A stretch of 64,000 nt of DNA from an uncultured Acidobacteriota bacterium (GCA_963836075.1 CAWIIB010000009.1:1536001-1600000), one strand, 5' to 3'; positions 50,977 to 61,347 are shown, numbered from the stretch's first letter. Program-made: numbers and translations. Notes: a model not told the origin generated them from the letters alone.

Positions 50977-51991
50977 CTAGTATTCCCGCAGCAGCACGTC
51001 ACAGGCCAGGCGCACCTTGCGCAGCAGCCCGGCGAGGAAGCTGCCCTTGATCCCGGACCGCAGACCGACGATCAGTTTCCGCTGCAGGCGATACTTGTTC
51101 ATCTTCACCTTTTTCGGGCCGATATCGGTGAAGTTGGCCTCTTCCAGCGGTTTCCAGAGGGTTTCCGGGGGATATCCCCAGGTGCGCAGGTCATCGGGGT
51201 TCAGCTGGCCGATGATCTCTTCCATCAGCGAGAGCTTGGTCTGGTCGTAGGCCAGTTCCTCGGCCCACTTGTCGATGGAGCTGGTCACCGGCCGGGTGTG
51301 TTTCTTCACCCCCAGCGGGTCGCCCAGACCCTTGACCTCCGGCTGCCGCCGCCCGTATTCCACGCAGTTCTCCTCGAAGGGCAGGTCGAGGAAGTCGAGG
51401 ATCTCCTTGACCTTCTTCTCCGGATCCCGGGTGATGTCCTCGTAGCGCACGTGGATCATCGGCACCGGCTTCTCGCGGAGGAACCAGGCCATCACCGGCA
51501 CGTAGCGGTTGAGCAGCGGGTTGTACTCCTGGGCCAGCTGGTAATCGCCGTCGAAGAAGGAGTTGGCGAAGGAACTGAAGATGCCCAGCGGGTGCCGGGT
51601 GAGCACGATGAACCTGGCCCGGGGGTAGAGCTTGGCCAGGTAGGGCACCACCAGGCCGTAGGCCGGGGTCTTGTCCAGGAAGTAGCGCTTGCCGCTGGGC
51701 TCCAGCATCCGGCCGTACAGCGTGTCGGCATAGGCCCGGCAGGCGTCGTAGTAGTCGGTCTTCGGTGTTCGGCAGGTCGGCCACGAACTGCCTGGTCGAC
51801 TCGGCGGCCAGTACGTGGTCAAAGGGCGCCTTATCCACGTTGGCCCAGTAGCCCAGGTGGGCCAGCGGGGTCATCAGGTGCGGCTCCGGACGGCCGTAGA
51901 TCTCGGAATGGGACTCCAGCATCCGTTCCAGCATGGTGGACCCCGAGCGGGGGGTGCCGATGATGAAGAGCATCCTCTCTTGCATGGACAT
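50977..51991 (-). CDS. PAPS-dependent sulfotransferase; +1 frameshift near 51757
   Basis: GTPRSGSTML (5'-PSB), DKTP, RHPLGIFSS (3'-PB) and RYED motifs; removing one C restores TEDDYYDAC. Confidence 0.88.
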
Positions 51992-52100
51992 CTATCGCCT
52001 CTCCTCGTAAAACCCGGCTTTTCCGTCGCCGGGCCCAGTGTCGGTGGCAAAAACACACTAAATTACTACAATTTATCCGCCCGGTGCAATAAAGGGCCGG

Positions 52101-53654
52101 TTACCGGGAGCCGGCCGGCCGCCGCTGCCGGGCAGCGGGATTGATGTGCAGGGAGACAGTGATCGCCTCGTTGACCGCGGAAAAGGTCCGCTGACCGCCG
52201 GCCGGCCGCATGGTCCTGCCCATGGCGGCGCCGTAGCTGGGCAGCGGGCCGAAGGTCGCCCCGCGGTATTCCACCAGCCAGACCCGGCGGTGGCGGAGGA
52301 GTTCGCCCCGCAGCTCGTCGAAACGGCTGGGGTAGACGATGATCTTGGGCAGTGCCGGTCCGGGTTCGTAGCGTTCGAATGATGGTGAGGCAAAGGCGGG
52401 GTTGAAGAGCACGGCGTCACCGGGACGGGCCGAGGCGGCGATGGCGGCAGTGCAGTCGCGCACCGCGGTCTTGCGATAGCCGGGATCGTAGTAGAGCCGC
52501 AGCGAGAAGATGTTCAGGACGAGGAAGCCTATGGCCAGCATGATGGCGGCCCATCGCGGCCGGAGCACGGTGAGCAGGCGGGCCAGCAGGATGAAGAAGA
52601 CCGGGCTGAGATAGGCCAGGTGCCGCGGCTGGAACAGTTCGGGCTTGAAGGGCGAGGCGAGGACCGCAACCAGCGGCAGGGCCAGCAGCAGGACAACCAG
52701 CAGCAGCTGCCGGCGGTCCCGCTTGCGGAAGATCAGCAGGGCCGCGGCCAGCTGGGCCAGCACCAGGACGGCCAGGCCCCAGTTGAGCCAGCCCGCCGAA
52801 AACTTCAGCGGGAAGACGTAGAGAGCCCGGAAGAAATCCGCCACGGCCAGCGGACCGTAGTTCACCGTCTCCCTGGCCGAGGCCATTTCACTGAAGCGGA
52901 GCAGCGATTCCCGGACCCAGAGCGCCCAGGGAAGCAGCAGCAGGCAGCCGGCAACGCCGGCCAGCGCCACCGGCCAGCGGAAGCTGCGGGAAAAGGAGCT
53001 GCCCCGGGCGTCCAGCGCTCCGTGAACCAGCAGGAAGAGCAGCTGGGCCGCCACCAGGTAGACGGCGTAGTAGTAGGTGTGCAGGGCCAGGGCCACCAGC
53101 AGTCCGTAGAGGATTGCGGCCCACAGGGCGCCTCGGTCCCGTTTTCCGAAGACCGCGCGGTGAAAGGCGAGGGTGGAGGCCAGCAGCAGGAAGGTGGCCA
53201 GGGCTGCCGGGCGTCCCTCCTGGGCGACGGCCACCTCGAAGGAACTGCAGGCGGCAAGGGCCGCCGCGGCCAGGCCGGCACTCCGGCCGAACATCCTCCA
53301 GGCCAGCAGAGCGGTGAACAGCACGCTGAGGGTCGAGGCCAGCGCCGGCAGCAGCCGCACCGCGGCGTCACCGTGGCCCGGGCGGAGGAGGGGAGCGGAG
53401 AGGAGGTGAAAGAGCGGCGGGTGCCGCTCGTGGGTCTTGATCCGCTCCATGATCTCCGCCGGGCCGGCCTGCTGGGTGCGGACCAGGGTGAAGACCTCGT
53501 CGAGCCAGAGGGCCTTTTCACCCAGGTGGTAATAACGGAGGCCGGCCCCGGCCAGAACCAGCAGGCAGAGCACCAGCGGGACGATCCAGAGCCGTCTTCC
53601 GCCGTTTTGTCCTGAATCCGGAGTCTTTTCCATGGCCTGTCTATTGTCCACCAT
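52101..53654 (-). CDS. GT39/ArnT-like (PMT_2) membrane glycosyltransferase
   Basis: LWLDEVFT, HPPLFHLL, QEGRP and HTYY motifs; multiple TM segments. Confidence 0.8.
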   Translation of the reverse strand: MVDNRQAMEKTPDSGQNGGRRLWIVPLVLCLLVLAGAGLRYYHLGEKALWLDEVFTLVRTQQAGPAEIMERIKTHERHPPLFHLLSAPLLRPGHGDAAVRLLPALASTLSVLFTALLAWRMFGRSAGLAAAALAACSSFEVAVAQEGRPAALATFLLLASTLAFHRAVFGKRDRGALWAAILYGLLVALALHTYYYAVYLVAAQLLFLLVHGALDARGSSFSRSFRWPVALAGVAGCLLLLPWALWVRESLLRFSEMASARETVNYGPLAVADFFRALYVFPLKFSAGWLNWGLAVLVLAQLAAALLIFRKRDRRQLLLVVLLLALPLVAVLASPFKPELFQPRHLAYLSPVFFILLARLLTVLRPRWAAIMLAIGFLVLNIFSLRLYYDPGYRKTAVRDCTAAIAASARPGDAVLFNPAFASPSFERYEPGPALPKIIVYPSRFDELRGELLRHRRVWLVEYRGATFGPLPSYGAAMGRTMRPAGGQRTFSAVNEAITVSLHINPAARQRRPAGSR

Positions 53655-53684
53655 GGGGATGGGACAGGCAAGGATTCGGGGGCA

Positions 53685-54041
53685 TCACCCGGTGAAAATC
53701 GGTTCCACCTCGGGGTTGATCAGCACCCAGAGGGTGTAGATCCCCAGGGCGGTGCCCAGGGGGAAACTGATCAGGTTGAGACAGCCGAGCACCAGGACCA
53801 GAACCCTGGCCCAGGGCTTCCGCTGGAGCAGGCCGATGCCGCAGATCACGCCGGGAAAGGAGATCAGGCTGAGAATTCCGGCGATCACCGTGCCCACGAT
53901 GGAGGTGGCGGCCATCGCTTCGCCGTCGCCGGAGATCAGGCCGGCCCCCACCATGAAGATAAAGAAGAAGGCCGCGGCCAGCAGGCCCAGGATCCCCAGG
54001 CCGATGTAGAACGCCCCCAGCAGTTTGACATGTGTTTCCAT
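53685..54041 (-). CDS. Small membrane protein
   Basis: METHVKLLG...FPLGTALGIYTLWVL; AGGAGG RBS. Confidence 0.7.
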   Translation of the reverse strand: METHVKLLGAFYIGLGILGLLAAAFFFIFMVGAGLISGDGEAMAATSIVGTVIAGILSLISFPGVICGIGLLQRKPWARVLVLVLGCLNLISFPLGTALGIYTLWVLINPEVEPIFTG

Positions 54042-54139
54042 GTTGGTCCTCCTTTTCCCGCGGCCGCCGCCCGGCCGGTCATTTTCGGTTTCTTCTTCAG
54101 TATACGGCCAATTCAGCGTCAAAGATCCCGCAGGCGGTC

Positions 54140-54886
54140 TCAGAGCAGGTCGGCCAGCGAGTCGACCCGGCTGCTGAGCAGCAGGGGTCCGGCCCCCGGC
54201 GGGTGGTTCACCGCCACGGCCAGGGTGTGGTGCGGGCCGGGCCGGAAGCGGAAAAAGCTCCAGCGGTTAGCCAGGTCGCCCAGGGGCGGTGAGAAGAGGA
54301 TCGCGCCCTGGTCATCCTCCGGGAGGGTGAAGCCGAAGGAGCGGAGGGGCAGGGAGACCCCGATCCCCCGGCCCTTGACGTACGATTCCTTGAGGGTCCA
54401 GATGTCGAAGAATGCCCGCTGCCTCGCCTCCCCGGAGATCCCCTCCAGCTGGGCCCGTTCCACCGGCGAAAAGAAGCGATGGGCCAGCCCGGGGTCGGTC
54501 TTGCGGTCGAGGTGCTCGGCGTCCAGGCCCACTTCGAATGTTGGTGATACAACGCAAGCGGCCAGCCCGGCGGTGTGGGTCAGGTTGAAACGGAACGGGG
54601 GATTGCCGTTGTCCGGAACCAGGTGCGGCTTCCCGTAGCGGTTGGTGTGGAAGGACCACTCCCGGGGAGTCACGCTGCCGTACTGCGAGAGGGTGGCCCG
54701 CAGCAGGGTGTGGGCCGCCAGGTAGAGCCGGCGGTCCCGGTCATAACGGAACCGGCCGTACCGCGACCGCTCGTCCGGCGAGAGGGTCTCCAGGCAGCGG
54801 GCGTCGAGACTCCGGTCTTCGGTCTGCTCCACGGCCAGCCAGCGGAGGTGGACCGGGTCCGGTTGAGGCCTGTTTTCCATCAGCAC
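54140..54886 (-). CDS. Sfp/HetI-type 4'-phosphopantetheinyl transferase
   Basis: YGKP, FNLTHT, VGLDAE and WTLKESYVKGRG motifs. Confidence 0.9.
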   Translation of the reverse strand: MLMENRPQPDPVHLRWLAVEQTEDRSLDARCLETLSPDERSRYGRFRYDRDRRLYLAAHTLLRATLSQYGSVTPREWSFHTNRYGKPHLVPDNGNPPFRFNLTHTAGLAACVVSPTFEVGLDAEHLDRKTDPGLAHRFFSPVERAQLEGISGEARQRAFFDIWTLKESYVKGRGIGVSLPLRSFGFTLPEDDQGAILFSPPLGDLANRWSFFRFRPGPHHTLAVAVNHPPGAGPLLLSSRVDSLADLL

Positions 54887-54971
54887 ACCATCGGTTTCTG
54901 GTACGATCCATCATACACCTGCCATTTTAACGATATACTTGGCATTAGACGAGAGCACTGGCATTTCCTGC

Positions 54972-54998
54972 TGAACGGAAGAGACCTCCGATTGTTAT
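54972..54998 (+). promoter_or_regulatory. Candidate ECF autoregulatory promoter
   Basis: TGAAC-17 bp-GTTA upstream of the ECF gene. Confidence 0.3.
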
Positions 54999-55055
54999 AC
55001 ATGGTGACAGTGGTTCGCGAACAGTTCTCAAAACGGAAACGAATCGGATGATGCC

Positions 55056-55592
55056 ATGAACCAGCAATCACGGAACACGAAAGCGGAGTGGATACAACAG
55101 GCGCTGGACCGCTACGAAGGCCCGCTGCTCAGGTATGCGGCCCGGATCACCGGAAGCGCCGAGACGGCCCGCGACGTGGTGCAGGAGACCTTCCTGCGCC
55201 TCTGCGCAGCCAAGCGGGACAAGGTGGACGACCACCTGGCCGCCTGGTTGTACACGGTGGCCCGCAACCACGCGCTCAATGTCCGGAAGAAGGAGGCTCG
55301 CATGCACGGCATACCCCAGGATCGGGCCGAGGCGCGCGCCGACAGCAGCGCCGGGCCGGGTGCGGCAGTCCTGCAGAGCGAGGCCCACGAGCGCGTGAAC
55401 AACGCGCTGCAGGGCCTCCCCGACCGACAGCAGGAAGCCTGCCGCCTCAAGTTTCAGGATGACCTGACCTACCGCGAAATCTCCCAGGTGATGGGTGTTT
55501 CGCTGGGCACGGTGAGCACCCTGATCACCTCTGCTCTCGACAGCATTCGACAGCAGCTTCGGGCCGGGGACAACCTGGCCCAGGAGGCTTGA
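55056..55592 (+). CDS. ECF RNA polymerase sigma factor
   Basis: ARDVVQETFLRL, WLYTVARN and LTYREISQVMGVSLGTV motifs. Confidence 0.92.
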   Translation: MNQQSRNTKAEWIQQALDRYEGPLLRYAARITGSAETARDVVQETFLRLCAAKRDKVDDHLAAWLYTVARNHALNVRKKEARMHGIPQDRAEARADSSAGPGAAVLQSEAHERVNNALQGLPDRQQEACRLKFQDDLTYREISQVMGVSLGTVSTLITSALDSIRQQLRAGDNLAQEA

Positions 55593-55595
55593 ACC

Positions 55596-57897
55596 ATGAA
55601 TATCAATCTTAACAAGGAGAAACTCACCGCTTACGTGCTCGGCGAACTGGACGGGCCCGAGCTGGCCGCCGTGGAACAGGCGCTGGCCGATGACGAAAAG
55701 GCCCGGGAGCAGGTGGAAGAGATCCGCGCCGCCGCGGAGATCACCCGGGAGCTCTTTGCCGGGGCCCCGGAGTTGACGCTGAGCAGCGGTCAGCGGGAGA
55801 CCATCGCCAGCCGGGCAGCGGAGGCCGAGGAGGATGAGGGCGCCGAGGTGGTGTCGCTCCATCCGGAGCGGTCCCGCTGGTCCCACTGGCCATGCTGCGC
55901 GCCGCCGCCGTCTTCCTGATGGTCATCGGCACCGGCGCCATTGTCTTCTACCCCATGTATGAGCACGGGCGGGAGCCTGAACCGCTGTCGGCCAAGAGTC
56001 AACCCGCTATGGTGAAGGCCTTGGGGCCGCGTAGCAAGTCCCCCACTCCGCAAAAGAGCGATCGAAGGGAAGCCGGGAACATCGCCCGGCAGGACCCTGA
56101 TGCCGGTTCACCGGCTGACAATGAACAGCCTTCAGTTGCGGAAGAGATGATCGCTGAGGCGAGGAGCAGGAGCAAGGAGCAGAAGGACAAGAAGCAGGCC
56201 CCGGTCAGTGCCGGCATCCGGAAAAGCCGCAGATGGACCAGGCAACCCGGAACCGTCTCCAGGCTCTCGGCTACGTGGGCGATAACTACGCCGCTTCGGC
56301 TCCGCCGGCATCGAAGGCCGGCATGGTGGCGCATGGCGGCGCAACGGCTCCCCTGGCCGCCGGGGATGCGGAGTACGGCCGGGCCTCGGGGGCATTGGAG
56401 AAGCGGGAGATGTTCGGCTACGAGCTGGAGCAGGACGACTCTTCCATCGACGACCCGAACCTCAACCACTGGCCGGGCCACAACACCGAAGCCTACGACC
56501 GGATCGAGGACAACCCTTTCAAGGCGGTGGGCGAGAACCCGCTCTCCACCTTCTCCATCGACGTGGACACCGCGGCCTATGCCAACATGCGCCGCTTCAT
56601 CAACCAGGGCCAGCTGCCGCCGCCGGACTCGGTGCGCATCGAGGAACTGGTCAACTACTTCGACTATGACTATCAGTCGCCCGGCGACGACAGTCCGTTC
56701 TCAGCCGACGTGACCGTGGCCGGCTGCCCCTGGAACGCTGATCACCGGCTGGCCCGGGTGGGCCTCAAGGGCTGGGAGATGCCCGTCGGCCGCCGTCCGG
56801 CATCGAACCTGGTCTTCCTGCTCGACGTCTCCGGCTCGATGAACTCGCAGAACAAACTGCCGCTGCTCAAGGAGGCCATGAGCCTGCTGGTGCAGCAGCT
56901 GGGCGAGAAGGACAGCGTGGCCATCGCGGTCTATGCCGGCGCTTCGGGCCTGGTGCTGCCGCCCACTTCGGGAAACAACCGGCAGGCGATCCTCGGTGCT
57001 CTCAACAATCTGCGGGCCGGCGGTTCCACCAACGGCGGCGCCGGCATCGAGCTGGCCTACGACCTGGCCGTCCGCAACTTCATCAAGGGCGGGGTCAACC
57101 GGGTCATCCTGGCCACCGACGGCGACTTCAACGTGGGCACCACCAACCGTGGTGACCTGACCCGGATGATCGAAGACAAGGCCAAGAGCGGCGTCTTCCT
57201 CACTGTGCTGGGCTTCGGCATGGGCAACCTCAAGGATGCCACCATGGAGAACCTGGCCGACAAGGGCAACGGGAACTACGCCTACATCGACACCATCCGC
57301 GAGGCGAAGAAGGTGCTGGTGGACGAGATCGGCTCCACCATGATCACCATCGCCAAGGACGTGAAGATCCAGGTGGAGTTCAACCCGGCCGAGGTGTCGG
57401 CCTACCGGCTGATCGGTTACGAGAACCGTATCCTGGCCGCCGAGGACTTCAACGACGACACCAAGGACGCCGGTGAGATCGGCGCCGGCCACACGGTCAC
57501 CGCGCTCTACGAGCTGGTGCCCGCCGGTGTGGAGATCGAGCTGCCCAACGTGGACCCGCTGAAATATCAGCAGTCCACCACGCCCAGCCGCGAGGCGGGC
57601 AGCGGTGAACTGTTCACCATCAAACTGCGTTTCAAGAGGCCGGACGGTGAGAAGAGCAGTCTGCTCTCCTTCCCGGTGACCGACCAGGGCACGGGCTACG
57701 CCGCGGCACCGCCGGACTTCAAGTTTGCCGCCGCGGTGGCCTCCTTCGGCATGATCCTTCGCGATTCGCCGCACAAGGGGAGCGCCACCGTCGATTCGGT
57801 GATCGAACTGGCCGGAGAGGGGCTGGGACGCGACGCCAACGGTTATCGAGCCGAGTTCATCGAACTGGTGAAAAAGGCCAGGTCGCTGAAGAGATAG
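55596..57897 (+). CDS. Anti-sigma-like N-terminus + TM + YfbK-type vWA protein; two frameshifts (near 55890 and before 56233)
   Basis: [10 protein letters not shown]-terminus, TM helix, [30 protein letters not shown] and [10 protein letters not shown], split over three ORFs. Confidence 0.8.
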
Positions 57898-57917
57898 CCG
57901 ACAGGAGTTTGACAACA

Positions 57918-59984
57918 CTACGCGGGCGGATGGCCGGTCGGGCCTCCGCCCGCTGTTTTGTCTTCAGGAGTCTCCAGGTCCACCCGGTGAAGCTCACCGG
58001 CGGGGAGGGTCTCGTTGTAGATCTGGCGGCGGCCCTCATCCATGATCAGCACATTGATCCCGCCGTCCACGCGCTGAACCTCCATGTCCCAGGTGGCACC
58101 AAAAGCCCTGACCCGGCTCAGGGCCATCCAGTCCCAGCTTGCGGGCAGCCGGGGGATGCAGTGGAACGAGCTCAGCCCGGTGGGCCGGATGCCGAACAGG
58201 CCTTCGGTGATGATCCGGCAGTAGAGCCCGCTCTCCGCCGAGAGGTGGCTCTGGTTGAACTCGGGGAAGGCCTCGATCACGTAGGGCACGTGGTCCCCCA
58301 GCAGCCGCCAGCGGGAAAAGGCGGCAAGTTTCTCCAGCGCCTGTTCGGTACCGCCGCTGGCGAATACGCCGCGCAGGGCGTAGAGGGTGGCGCGGTCCCA
58401 GACCGTTTCGGTGCCCGCCTCGGTGAGCAGCCCGGCCCGGGTCCAGAGGCGGGGCGAGAAGAGCGCATTGATTGTTCCCTCGGCCCGGTCAAAGATGCCC
58501 ACGGTGAGCGGGATGCAGATCCAGCTGCGCAGGATCTCGTTGCCCGCGAAATAACGATAGGTTGAATATCCTTCCACTTCGGCGGCAAACTGGTCTTCGA
58601 TTGCCGTCCGCAGCGTGGCGGCCCGGTTCCGAAACTCGCCGGCATCGTCCTTCCCCAGTTCCTCGGCCAGCCAGGCGGCGGAGAGCAGGGCGTCATAGCA
58701 GAGGCAGGAGGTGCAGAGGTTGGCCTCGCCGGCGGGGAAGCGGCCCTCCAGTTCGTCGGTGTCCGAGGCGATGATGCCTTCGGTGGTGGTCTGCCGACGG
58801 CAATACTCCAGGCACCAGCTGATCAGCGGCCACAATTCCTCGGCCCAGGCCCGGTTCCCCGAAGCCAGGGCGAAACGGCCGGCGCCGTAGGCGATCATTG
58901 CCGCGTCGCCGCGGTCCCCGGCGCCGTTCCAGAACCCGCGGCCCTCGGCGATGATCGAGCTGGGAAGCGGTTTGTACTCCGGGTTCATATACGCGGCGAA
59001 GTGGCGAAAGGCGTTCATCGCGCTCTCGTTGCCCGCGGTATTGCCGAGAAAGGGGAAGAAGGGGTTGATGTATTCGGCCTGGTCGTTGGCCCAGATGGCG
59101 GCCAGATACTTGTTGTATCCCCCCGGCCCGTGCATCAGCCCCCCGCGGGTGGCGAAGATGCTCTCCGTCCCCCGCAGCTTGGAAAAGGCGAACAGCCGGT
59201 TGATCACTCTGTCCGGTGTCTTCAGCTCCAGATCGATCTCGATACTGCGCACGAACTGTTCCCTGGCGGCCAGTTCGGCATCCGCGTCACAGGAGAAGGG
59301 TGCATCGTCTTTTTTTCGCGCCGATCGGACGATGGCCCAGCGGATGCTCTCTCCCGGGGCCACCCGGCGGCTCGCTTCCCCCACCAGGAACTGGTCCACG
59401 ATATAGGAGCCGAACAGCCCCGCCTCGGCTGTGGTGCTGTGGGAGACCCTCCAGCCGGGGACGGTGATCTGCAGGGTCCGGGTGCCGGTGTTTTCCAGAA
59501 CCCAGTGATCGATGACTGCCGGAGAGTGCGGGCTGGGGAAGATGGTCTGCTCGGTCCACACGCCCTCCCGGTGATCGCTGGAGACGGTCATCAGGCCGTG
59601 AATCAGCACTTGCTGGACCGCACCGCCGGAGAGGGGCTGCCCATCCACCAGTGGCCGGGGATCCATCCCGTCGTTCAGTTCCCTGGACAGGCTGGCGTGG
59701 GTGTCGTCGGGCAGGGTGCGCAGCATGGGCCAGCGAACCACCCTGGTGGCCTGAAAACTGCCCCCGGCGTCCACCTCCCACTCCAGGATCAGGTCCACGC
59801 TGCGGCCGGACATGGCCATGTGGTCCTGGTGGGGCAGTGTTTCGTCCGGTTCGATATCCCAGTGAATTCTCCCTAGATGGTCGGTGTGCCAGCGGTGGGA
59901 CGATTCTGCTCCATCCGCGGAGCCGGCATGGACGGGCAGGGAGAGCAGGAGGAAGGCCAGTATTGCCGTGGTCAGCTTTCTCAT
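57918..59984 (-). CDS. Secreted six-hairpin glycoside hydrolase-like protein
   Basis: Signal peptide; AAIWANDQAEY, SDTDELEGRF and C-terminal GLFGIRP...PRLP. The GH family cannot be assigned by eye. Confidence 0.7.
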   Translation of the reverse strand: MRKLTTAILAFLLLSLPVHAGSADGAESSHRWHTDHLGRIHWDIEPDETLPHQDHMAMSGRSVDLILEWEVDAGGSFQATRVVRWPMLRTLPDDTHASLSRELNDGMDPRPLVDGQPLSGGAVQQVLIHGLMTVSSDHREGVWTEQTIFPSPHSPAVIDHWVLENTGTRTLQITVPGWRVSHSTTAEAGLFGSYIVDQFLVGEASRRVAPGESIRWAIVRSARKKDDAPFSCDADAELAAREQFVRSIEIDLELKTPDRVINRLFAFSKLRGTESIFATRGGLMHGPGGYNKYLAAIWANDQAEYINPFFPFLGNTAGNESAMNAFRHFAAYMNPEYKPLPSSIIAEGRGFWNGAGDRGDAAMIAYGAGRFALASGNRAWAEELWPLISWCLEYCRRQTTTEGIIASDTDELEGRFPAGEANLCTSCLCYDALLSAAWLAEELGKDDAGEFRNRAATLRTAIEDQFAAEVEGYSTYRYFAGNEILRSWICIPLTVGIFDRAEGTINALFSPRLWTRAGLLTEAGTETVWDRATLYALRGVFASGGTEQALEKLAAFSRWRLLGDHVPYVIEAFPEFNQSHLSAESGLYCRIITEGLFGIRPTGLSSFHCIPRLPASWDWMALSRVRAFGATWDMEVQRVDGGINVLIMDEGRRQIYNETLPAGELHRVDLETPEDKTAGGGPTGHPPA

Positions 59985-60174
59985 GGTCAACTACCTCGAT
60001 GTGGATGGTGAGCTGTTGTCACTCCCCCATTATACGGCCTCAATGGCGTATGGCAGGAATGTGCGACTAAACAGCTCCTGTCCCTCAGGTAGCTTGTCCC
60101 TTTTTGCGGTCATGCATTTTTCACACTGTATCGGGCTTCACCCGGATTGCCGGTGATCCTGCCTGTTGCGGAGT

Positions 60175-60190
60175 TGGCAAACGGATTGCA
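60175..60190 (+). promoter_or_regulatory. Sigma54-like promoter
   Basis: TGGCAAACGGATTGCA with correct GG-N10-GC spacing, about 58 bp upstream of 60248. Confidence 0.6.
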
Positions 60191-60247
60191 ATACCTCAGG
60201 TCCGGACGTCCAATCATTCTGCATAGCGAACCGAAAGGAGGTGCGAG

Positions 60248-60724
60248 ATGTCCGATTCAGGATTCGAGCGTATCGCGTCCGGGGCCGGCAGTCTCTTCTT
60301 CCTGGCCGCCATTGCTCTGTTCGTCACGCTGATTCTCTTGGCAACTGGAATGGTCAGGGCCCAGGAGGTTTTTTTGATTGCCGACTCCCTGGAGCCGGAC
60401 GCTCTGGAGGAGGACGCCCTGGAGCCGGATGCCCTGGGCGAAGATGCGCTGGGCCTCGAACGCGTCGATCCCGCTCTGATCCGGCAACTGGCGGCGCAGC
60501 CCAACGCGTTGCCCATTGCCCAGATCCCGCCCCGTCCGCGGCAGGCTATTACCATGTACTTCTGCTGGCGCTGCTGGTCGTGGCACCGGGGTCACCGAGG
60601 GGGGCTCGGTGACGAATATCAATGGATCAACGGGTTTATATACCCGGCGGTGCCCGGAGAGCGGGCTTCCGATCTTCCAGTCGCGCCGGTAAAAAAATTA
60701 GCAAATGAGGGGAATAAGAAGTAA
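60248..60724 (+). CDS. Hypothetical exported protein with pentapeptide tandem repeats
   Basis: AAGGAGG RBS, hydrophobic N-terminus, D(S/A)L(E/G)x five times (15-bp repeats at 60383-60457). Confidence 0.55.
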   Translation: MSDSGFERIASGAGSLFFLAAIALFVTLILLATGMVRAQEVFLIADSLEPDALEEDALEPDALGEDALGLERVDPALIRQLAAQPNALPIAQIPPRPRQAITMYFCWRCWSWHRGHRGGLGDEYQWINGFIYPAVPGERASDLPVAPVKKLANEGNKK

Positions 60725-60757
60725 ACTGGATCAGAGATGATCAAAGGGAGGTGCGAG

Positions 60758-61337
60758 ATGTTCAAATCACGACTGTTTCTCGTTGCGGCGGCCCTGCTTT
60801 TCATGCTGGTCCTCTGCGGGACGCAGGAGGCCCAGGCCCAGAAGATGCCCGGCGCGTTCTCCTCGGGCGAGTGGTTCGGATCGATCAATCCAAATGCTCA
60901 TACGGCGTACTATCTACCCGTACTATGACCAGTTTCGGTTTCCTTGGGATTATTTCTATCCACGCTTCGGTCCCCGTGTCCATGGCCGCCGCTACGCCGG
61001 GGGATACTGGTACCCCTGGACCTACCGCTGGGGCCGCTATGATGTTCCCAATTACACCTGGTGGAGCTTTGGTGAGGGCTTTGTCGATGAATACGGGACC
61101 GGCGGGATCTGGACGGCCAGTGATCCGCGGAAGACAACGGAACTGAAAGCCATCCAGACCGTCGAGCGGGAGATACAGACGAGGCGGGTGACCAGAGAGG
61201 CCACGCGGATCACACAGCGGCGGGGCATGGGATCGTCCGGTATATCGATGGGCCGGGGGTCATCCAGCGGGTCGTCGGGCGGCGGAAGTTCAATCGGGTC
61301 GTCGGGCGGTGGCGGCGGCCGCAGCGGCAAGAAGTAG
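60758..61337 (+). CDS. Hypothetical secreted aromatic/Arg-rich protein with a Gly/Ser tail; +1 frameshift near 60893
   Basis: GGAGG RBS; signal peptide ending AQA; continues in ORF 60783..61337. Confidence 0.6.
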
Positions 61338-61347
61338 TCCAGACGCG

